From positions 10,673-74,672 of the forward strand of contig CAZYAN010000003.1 of assembly GCA_964645585.1 (NCBI GenBank): 64,000 nt of DNA, read 5' to 3'. This document shows positions 57,054-64,000 of the stretch, in pieces. The DNA comes from an uncultured Opitutales bacterium (GTDB lineage: Bacteria > Verrucomicrobiota > Verrucomicrobiia > Opitutales > T3Sed10-336). Numbering within the stretch: position 1 is the first letter of the stretch; each line of letters opens with the position of its first letter. Both the position numbers and the translations under genes were made by a program. The notes beneath the pieces are model-generated. The model worked only from the letters and a program-made list of their open reading frames with translations, was not told where the DNA came from and searched no databases.

Positions 57054-58199
57054 TTACCGTCGCTCGGTGCGGAAGAACAGCCAAATGCCCAACCCCTGAA
57101 AGAGGATATTTGGCGCCCACATCAAGAGGTCCGGGCGCAGGTGCGGCATGCGTTCGAACCAGGCAAGAACCACCATAAGAAAATAAAACGTCAGCGCGAG
57201 AATCAAGGCAACAAACAGGTTCGCCGACGTTTCCTTGCGCTGGATCGTAATGCCGAGCGGAATCGCCAAGGTCGCCAGCGACAAAATGGCGTACGCCATC
57301 GCGAATCGCTCCTGGATCGACATTTGCACCCGCATCATCGCGGCGAACCGGTCGCCGCCGCGCAGTTCTTCCTCCGGCGTCGCGCGCACGGACTTCCGCT
57401 CGTTCACGAGCTGACTGAAGGTCATCCGGGACAACTTTGGCTTCCCGCTTTTCCGACCCAAGATGTTTTCCAGCGGAAGCCGCACACTCGTCCGCTCAAA
57501 CTCCAGAGGCGGCTTCCCGCTATCGCGTACATTCTCCGGATCGTTGCTGTCGCGCACTTCGGAATACCCCCGGTCGAGTGTCAAAAGCAGGGACTCCGTT
57601 CGCGGATCGTATCCGAGCGCGCCCTCCTCCGCCTGCACAAAAAGCCGTACCCGCCGCTGATCATCGAGCTCCCAGAGCCAGATATCTTCCAGCCGCGACT
57701 CCTCTTTCTCGCCAACGTAAAGAACATAGCCCGGGAACTGGTCGACGAAGGTTTTTTCGACGATGAAATCGAGCGGATTCATCCGGACCGATTCAGCCAG
57801 GTCGCGTCGATACTGCGCGCGGGCCGCCGGCGCATACTCGAAGTTGATGATGATCGAAAACACGAGGCCGGCGATCGCGAGGAAAAAGATCGGTGACGCG
57901 ATTTGAAAGAGGTTCATCCCGGCCGAACGCATCGCGGTGATTTCGCGCTGGGCCGACAGCCGGCCGAGCACGAGCAAAATCCCCGTCACGATTCCCATCG
58001 GCAGCGCGTAGGCGACCACATACGGGACAAGCAGCAGAACCAGGCGTAGAAACAGGCCAAAGCCCAGCTGCCCGTCAGCCAGCAGCCCGACCGCGTCCCG
58101 GAGGATGTTGCCCACCAGCAACACAAACGCAAAAAGTCCGACAGCCATCAGGCTGGCGATCGTGACGCTTTTCAGAATGTAACGGTGCAGAAGAAACAT
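57054..58199 (-). CDS. LPS export ABC transporter permease (LptF/LptG family)
   Basis: 3+3 TM topology; [27 protein letters not shown]. Confidence 0.88.
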   Translation of the reverse strand: MFLLHRYILKSVTIASLMAVGLFAFVLLVGNILRDAVGLLADGQLGFGLFLRLVLLLVPYVVAYALPMGIVTGILLVLGRLSAQREITAMRSAGMNLFQIASPIFFLAIAGLVFSIIINFEYAPAARAQYRRDLAESVRMNPLDFIVEKTFVDQFPGYVLYVGEKEESRLEDIWLWELDDQRRVRLFVQAEEGALGYDPRTESLLLTLDRGYSEVRDSNDPENVRDSGKPPLEFERTSVRLPLENILGRKSGKPKLSRMTFSQLVNERKSVRATPEEELRGGDRFAAMMRVQMSIQERFAMAYAILSLATLAIPLGITIQRKETSANLFVALILALTFYFLMVVLAWFERMPHLRPDLLMWAPNILFQGLGIWLFFRTERR

Positions 58200-58406
58200 G
58201 TTTGCTGGCTGCAGGATGCAAGCCCGTCGACCTTGAAACGACCCGCAAACGCGGCCAACCGTCGACGACGAGCGACGCCAAGTTTTCCCGCACTGGGCCG
58301 GCTGTCAACCGCGCCCGTTATATGATTGATTATGGGTGGTGGCTTCAGCCGCTATTTCCCGAGGCGCTGAAGGCGCTGGTGCCAACTCATACCCGATGCG
58401 TTTCGC

Positions 58407-59459
58407 TCAATAGCGATGGCGGCTCAAATTCGGCTTTTCCTTCTTCAACAGTGCGCGCGCTTCGTCGATCACGTAGTCCCATTGAAAAGCGGGACCGGGG
58501 TCGACTTTGTTGGTTTGGATATGGTAATGTCCGAGCACACCCTGGTACTCTGCCAATACGTCGTCCGGGAGTTTTTGTTCGATCAAATTGCCCTCCTCGT
58601 CGCGCGGATAATCGCACTCGATTTTTGGGAAAACCCGGCTGAGCGTCGCGGTCAACTTGATCAGCGAATCGTACTGCTCCGGCGTCAGGTCGTATTGCAC
58701 GAGTTCGCGCCCTTGAATCGTCCCGGTCACCGGCTCGTTTCGCGCCGGCCTTCCGACGAAATTCTCCGTCCGCACACCTCCGTCGCCCAATCGCTCGGGC
58801 AAAGTGATTCGCGTCCCTTGATCATCCTCCGCATACCAGTTTGCGAAAGGATTGCTGCCGCTCGTGTCGTAGGCGCCGATGTTGGCGATCTCGATTCCAA
58901 TCGATCGCGAATTGGCGATCGTCGCGTGCCAAGCCCGTTCTTTCAGGTCGAGCGTCTGGTAAATCGTGCCGTCGATATCGAGCAGGAAGTGAACGCTCAG
59001 CCCGCGGCGGTCGTGGAGAATGTCGAAACAGCGGCGGGCGGTTCCGGCGACGTCATAGTGGATGACAAACTGGTCGACAACTTCCTGTAAGAGCGGTAAA
59101 TCCCAGCCTCCTCCCCGCACCTGCTCGAGCTGCTCCGGAGTCAGTTTTTCGCGCCGGATGTTGTAACGGTTCGGTGCGTTCAGGCCGGCCGCCTCGGAAT
59201 CGGACCAGCCGGACTCTTCGATCGGACTGAACCGGCGCTCAACCCGATACGCGTCGTAGCCGCCCGGATCCATCCAAAGCACAACGGGAGCGCCGGTCCG
59301 GAAAAATTGGCCGGCGGCGACAATTTCATCGCCATGACGTTTTACGCGGGTTCCCGGGAGCGGCTGAGTCGCGCACCCGGACAGGAGCAAAACAGCGGCC
59401 GCCAAGGGTAAAAGGGCACCCGGGACGGGACGAAAACGCAAACGGGATAGTAGAATCAT
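58407..59459 (-). CDS. N-acetylmuramoyl-L-alanine amidase (Amidase_2) lipoprotein
   Basis: Lipobox LLSGC; VIHYD, SVHF, AWHA, NSRSIGIEI, GH...K.DPG. Confidence 0.88.
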   Translation of the reverse strand: MILLSRLRFRPVPGALLPLAAAVLLLSGCATQPLPGTRVKRHGDEIVAAGQFFRTGAPVVLWMDPGGYDAYRVERRFSPIEESGWSDSEAAGLNAPNRYNIRREKLTPEQLEQVRGGGWDLPLLQEVVDQFVIHYDVAGTARRCFDILHDRRGLSVHFLLDIDGTIYQTLDLKERAWHATIANSRSIGIEIANIGAYDTSGSNPFANWYAEDDQGTRITLPERLGDGGVRTENFVGRPARNEPVTGTIQGRELVQYDLTPEQYDSLIKLTATLSRVFPKIECDYPRDEEGNLIEQKLPDDVLAEYQGVLGHYHIQTNKVDPGPAFQWDYVIDEARALLKKEKPNLSRHRY

Positions 59460-59587
59460 AACGGCAGGTGAAATTAAACGATTTGGAAAACCGCAGGCTA
59501 TGTCGAAGGTTCCGCGGGCAGCAAGTTCTTTAGCCAGCAAACGGAAATACCGAGCGATCAAAAACTCCCGCTTCCGTATCCTCGGAG

Positions 59588-61105
59588 TTGACACCTCGCT
59601 TTACGCAATTAACCGCGCACGGCGCCCAGGTCCAGACGCGTTCCCATGCCGGCGAGGCCGAAGATCCCTTTCCCGCCGGACCGGTCGATCTCGATCCCGG
59701 GCGCCAGATCGCTTTTACGCTCCAGTCTCGCGAACCGGTCGTGATAACAAATTTCAACGAGGAAGAACGTTTTGAACCGCCCGCGTTCCTTCCGCGAAAC
59801 ATCTCCAGCGGCATGAGCTGCACCGTTTTAGGCGAAGGCAAACATCCGTGGGGTGTGCTCGCCGTGTACGCGGATTCCCCGCGCAACTACACTTCCGATG
59901 ATGTCGCCTTTCTGCAAGCGGTCGCAAACATCCTCGCCGGTTCCGTGCAACGCAGCTTTACCGAACGGCGTTTTCAGCTCGCTTTCGCGGCGGCGCCTAA
60001 CGGCATGGTGATGGTTAACGAAGAAGGGATCATTCAGATCGTCAACGCCCAGATGGAGCAAATGTTCGGCTACTCAGCCGATGAGATGATCGGGCGCCAC
60101 GTCGAAATGCTCCTTCCGGACCGTTACCGCGGCAAACATCCGTCGCTGCGGACGATTTTTGGCTAATCCCCGGAAGCCCGCGCGATGGGCCGGGGCCGGG
60201 ACCTGTTTGGACGCCGCAAGAACGGCACTGAATTTCCCGTGGAGGTCGGACTCAATCCCGCCGAAACCCCCGAGGGCATGGTCGTGCTCGCGGCTGTGAT
60301 TGATATTTCAAAACGTAAACGAATGGAATCCGACCTGGCCGAAGCCCACGCGCGACTCGGTCAGCGTGCGCAAGAGCTGGAGTCAATGGTCGCTCAGCGA
60401 ACCGAACACCTCGAAGAGACCATCGCCGAACTGGAAAGCGTCTCCTACAGTCTCTCCCACGACATGCGGGCGCCCTTGCGCACGATTCACAGCTTTTCCG
60501 AAATCATCCTTGAGGAGGCCGCCGGCCAATTAGCTCACGAGCACCGCGACCTCCTGAAAAAGGTGATCAATGCCGCCTCCCGGCTCGACCGGCTTATCCG
60601 TGACGTCCTGATCTACAGCCGCGTCTCGCGGGTAGAAGTGAATGGGGAGCCGATCGACATCGAGGAAATCCTGGGCCAGATTATCGTCGAGCGTCCCGAA
60701 TTCCAGGAGCCTTACGCCGAGATTACCATTGAAAGCCCGCTCGCACCGGTCTGGGGACATGAAGCTTACTTGACCCAATGCTTCACCAATCTGCTCGACA
60801 ATGCTGTGAAGTTCGTCGCAACCAACGTGAAACCTCGCGTCCGCATCTGGACAGAAGAGGCGGAACAGACCATTCGCATCTGGATCGAAGACAACGGCCC
60901 CGGCATCCCTGAAGAAGCCCGCGAACGCGTCTTCGGTATTTTTCAGCGCGTATACGATGACAGCGCGTATACCGGCACCGGCATCGGCCTCGCAATCGTC
61001 CGGCGGGCCGCCGAACGAATGGGCGGCAAAGTCAGGATCGAAGCCGCTCCTGAACAAGGCAGCCGCTTTTGCCTGGAACTGCCGCGAAACCCAAAATCGT
61101 CATGA
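59588..61105 (+). pseudogene. GAF-PAS sensor histidine kinase, 5'-truncated and interrupted by in-frame TAA at 60164-60166
   Basis: ORFs 59588-60166 and 60185-61105 share a frame and split one PAS domain; kinase motifs SHDMRAPLR, NLLDNAVKF, DNGPGI, GTGIGLA. The kinase half may still be expressed from ATG 60185. Confidence 0.65.
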
Positions 61106-61566
61106 ACCAAGCGATACCCATCCTGCACGTTGAGGACCGCGAGGAAGATGTCTTTCTGCTCCATTATATTTTCAAGCAGGTCGGCATTTCGAACCCGATT
61201 CAGGTAGTCGGTGACGGCCAGGAGGCGATCGATTATATCGCGGGCAAAGGTAAATTTGCCGACCGCGAAGCTTACCCGTTTCCGGGCGTGGTCCTTCTGG
61301 ATTTGAAACTTCCCCAGAAAATAGGGCTCGAGGTGCTCGAATGGATCCGCGGCAACCCCAGCCTCCGATGCCTGATCGTTATCGTGCTGACCTCTTCGAT
61401 TTATGACCAGGATGTGCAGCGTTCCTATGACCTCGGCGCCAACGCGTTTTTAGTCAAACCGTCCGGCACCGACGAACTCAAATCGATGTGCCAGGCATTG
61501 AAGGATTTTTGGCTCACGCACAATCAGCCCCCCAGCTCCTGCGGCGATCGAAGGCCAGGAACCTGA
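61102..61566 (+). CDS. Single-domain response regulator (Rcp1-like)
   Basis: ILHVED, LLDLKLP, LTSS, YDLGANAFLVKP; ATGA overlap with the kinase stop. Confidence 0.92.
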   Translation: MNQAIPILHVEDREEDVFLLHYIFKQVGISNPIQVVGDGQEAIDYIAGKGKFADREAYPFPGVVLLDLKLPQKIGLEVLEWIRGNPSLRCLIVIVLTSSIYDQDVQRSYDLGANAFLVKPSGTDELKSMCQALKDFWLTHNQPPSSCGDRRPGT

Positions 61567-61734
61567 CGCTGTGCCTTCATGGCAGGAGCCGAATCTTGCA
61601 ATCGGCAATCCTCCAAGCCGCGAAGACCAGCGTACTGCACGTCGCCCGGCGAGGGCGCTCAGCCAGTCGGCTCGGCACCCCGCCCGCGGCCTTGCCGGCC
61701 AGCCGCGGAACGAGATTTGCTTCCAGCACCGCGT

Positions 61735-62238
61735 ATGATCCATGTCTCCACTCTATTCTCCTATTCCTCACGCGGGCGCCCGCGCCGGTCACCGTTGCGG
61801 GTTTGGACGGCGATATGCTTGATCGGCTGCCTCGCGGCGCCGCTCGGATTCGCAAGCGACGCGGGGAGTGAGCGCCTTCGCGTTGTCTACGAATTCACGC
61901 GCGGCGGCGACGAGGTGGTCGACGCCTTCCTTGCTGATATCGAGGGCCTTCAAAAACACTCCGGCGATTTTGCCAGTATCACCGTGGTCGCGTACGCGAA
62001 TGGCGTCACCCTCCTCCAAAATGGCGAAGACAAGCGCGCGCGCCGTCTCGCGCGCCTCGCCGACAAAAACGTCGATTTCGTCGTCTGCCAAAGCAGTCTG
62101 GAAGAGGCGGCGCTGACCCCGGCCGATCTCCTCGGTTTTGCGCGAACGGTGAAGGAGGGAACCAAGGAAGTGGAGCGTCTGGAGAAACAAGGCTGGGCAC
62201 GCGTCCGCGACGGGGAATCGTATGTCAGTCATTTATAG
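61735..62238 (+). CDS. DsrE-family protein with signal peptide
   Basis: VVAYANGVTLL, VDFVVCQSSL, G..EV.RL...GW. Confidence 0.72.
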   Translation: MIHVSTLFSYSSRGRPRRSPLRVWTAICLIGCLAAPLGFASDAGSERLRVVYEFTRGGDEVVDAFLADIEGLQKHSGDFASITVVAYANGVTLLQNGEDKRARRLARLADKNVDFVVCQSSLEEAALTPADLLGFARTVKEGTKEVERLEKQGWARVRDGESYVSHL

Positions 62239-62360
62239 CAGCTTCGGGATGTCTGGCAGGGAACTTGATTTGCGAACAAATCCAAACTTCGCCGGCAAAA
62301 CCCCAAATACCTCAACCTTTATTGCAATTCCATCCGGAGTTTGGTTACACTTTCGAAATC

Positions 62361-63515
62361 ATGAAGAGTTATTCTCCTGACGATGTTGTGTTTCCGCCAT
62401 TCAGCCTCACGCGGCTTCTTCGCACGGTCTTTGCCCCGGCCAAGGGTTCGAAGATCTGCATTTTGATCGATCTCGAAGATCCGAGCGAGATGAAGGACTT
62501 CGGCTTTCTTACGCGACCCGAGCTGACCATCCAGCGGCACGCGCACGACGTCTTTTTCCAAGGCCTCAAGAACGCAACCCTCAGCGAACTTGGCTTAGAG
62601 GGCGGCGAGATGTACGCCTACCAGATCACCGGCGGCAGCAACCTCGACCTTCCCGACGAGGCCTGGGATGTCGAAGGCCGGCAAATCAGCCTGGAACGCG
62701 ACGTCTACCCGAACTACGACATCATCCTCTGCATCTCGACCTACTCGGCGACCGCTCCGCTCACCGTTTTTGCCAAAAAGTACGGCTTCCGCGGCGCGAC
62801 GCTGCACGGGGTCAACGACATCATCCTCGCCTCCGGCCTCGCGGTCGACTACGACGAAGTCAGCCGCAACGCCGAGAAACTTCGCCTGGGCATGACCCGC
62901 GCCGACTGGGTCGAGATCGATTTCTCGCTTGAGGGGACGACACACACGCTGAAGCTGATTCTCGACAAGCAGGAAGCGCAGAAGAGTCACGGCCTTTGCC
63001 GCAACGGACCGGATGTTGCCAACTTGCCGGCCGGCGAAATCTACTACGTCCCGACCGGTGCGGAAGGCACGTTCCCGATGCGCTACGAAGATGGTACAAT
63101 CGGCCTCATGCACGTCAGCAACGGCCGCGTGACGAAAGCGGAGTTCATTCGCGGCAACGAGGAAACCGTCACGGCGCACAACCAAAAACTCGCTTCCGAC
63201 CCGGTGACCGGCGAACTCGGCGAACTCGGTTTCGGCACGCAGGTCCTGCCGGTTTCCGGCCGCGATATTCAGGACGAGAAAGTGCTGGGCACGGTCCACG
63301 TCGCCACCGGAAGAAGCGATCACCTCGGCGGCCATTTGACACCCGATCTGTTCGCCGAGGCTTCGCACGCGACGCATGACGACATTCTCTTCTCCCCGAG
63401 TAAAACACCCGAAATCCAGGTCTCCCAGGTGCGGATGCACCGCAACGGCGATACCGAAGTCCTTATCGAGAACTTCCAGCCCTCCGCCTACATGAAGTCG
63501 CTGCTCGAAAACTGA
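62361..63515 (+). CDS. M29 (aminopeptidase T / thermophilic metalloprotease)-like protein
   Basis: NLPAGEIY, GELGFGT, DEKVLGTVHVATG, H.DI metal-site motifs. Confidence 0.65.
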   Translation: MKSYSPDDVVFPPFSLTRLLRTVFAPAKGSKICILIDLEDPSEMKDFGFLTRPELTIQRHAHDVFFQGLKNATLSELGLEGGEMYAYQITGGSNLDLPDEAWDVEGRQISLERDVYPNYDIILCISTYSATAPLTVFAKKYGFRGATLHGVNDIILASGLAVDYDEVSRNAEKLRLGMTRADWVEIDFSLEGTTHTLKLILDKQEAQKSHGLCRNGPDVANLPAGEIYYVPTGAEGTFPMRYEDGTIGLMHVSNGRVTKAEFIRGNEETVTAHNQKLASDPVTGELGELGFGTQVLPVSGRDIQDEKVLGTVHVATGRSDHLGGHLTPDLFAEASHATHDDILFSPSKTPEIQVSQVRMHRNGDTEVLIENFQPSAYMKSLLEN

Positions 63516-63520
63516 ATTCC

Positions 63521-64000
63521 GTGGGGACGTTTTACGAATCCGAAACCATTCTTTCGTCGTATTTACTGTTTCACTACGGGAGCGCCGAAGAATCGCTCCC
63601 GTGGCCGGACGGGCCGGAGGAGGCGCTCGACTTTCCGGTCCGGTGCGTGAGCGCCTGTCTCGATTTCGATTCCCTGCCCAGAGAGGCAATGGCCCTCGAC
63701 CTCGGCTGCGCGGTCGGGCGCTCGTCCTTCGAACTCGCGCGGCACTGCTCCCGGGTGACCGGCATCGACAGCTCCGCGCGGTTCATTGAAGCGGCGCGGC
63801 AGCTGCAAGAGCGCGGCGCGCTCTCCTATCACTGCCGAACCGAGGGAGACCTTTCGGTTCCGCTCGTCGCGAAAGTTCCCGACGGGATCGAGCGGACCCG
63901 GGTCTCCTTCGCCCAGGGAGATGCGCTCACGCTCCCTCTGGACATCGGAACGTTCGACGTGGTGCTCCTTGCCAACCTGATCGACCGCCTCCCGCGCCCC
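63521..64000 (+). CDS. Class I SAM methyltransferase similar to the OvoA C-terminal domain, 3' end outside window
   Basis: Not in the ORF track. Manual translation: MGTFYESETILSSYLLFHYG...DFPVRC...ALDLGCAVGRSSFELAR...GIDSSARFI...EGDL...FAQGDA...FDVVLLANLIDRLP. Confidence 0.8.
   Translation, partial: MGTFYESETILSSYLLFHYGSAEESLPWPDGPEEALDFPVRCVSACLDFDSLPREAMALDLGCAVGRSSFELARHCSRVTGIDSSARFIEAARQLQERGALSYHCRTEGDLSVPLVAKVPDGIERTRVSFAQGDALTLPLDIGTFDVVLLANLIDRLPRP

Overview
GC-rich bacterial chromosome segment whose gene styles suggest Verrucomicrobiota (Opitutales-like; inferred, not tested). Left to right it holds: a phosphate-scavenging operon (Na/Pi cotransporter, PhoU-like protein, phosphodiester glycosidase-metallophosphoesterase fusion); asd; two secreted beta-helix proteins converging on a ~28.6 kb, 22-gene minus-strand surface-polysaccharide locus; then proS, a P1B-4 ATPase, exoD, sdhCAB, a sulfatase, NUDIX and LysM genes, tRNA-Pro(UGG), an M23 peptidase, gpmI, lptF/G, an amidase, a disrupted GAF-PAS histidine kinase with its response regulator, a DsrE protein, an M29-like protein and a partial OvoA-C-like methyltransferase. 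The polysaccharide locus encodes an ABC flippase, Wzy, Wzc, WbpABDE, two sulfotransferases, a deacetylase, an acetyltransferase, glycosyltransferases, a GlmU-like/GHMP-kinase fusion and two more beta-helix paralogs. The best candidate for an undescribed system is a sulfated, di-N-acetyl-uronic-acid glycan locus with four dedicated beta-helix paralogs (three with a shared C-terminal module, one lacking the conserved DDD motif), a fused sugar-salvage enzyme with an atypical sugar-binding motif, and a structured leader with terminator/anti-terminator potential. No CRISPR array, integrase or transposase was seen. All calls come from reading motifs by eye; no searches were run.
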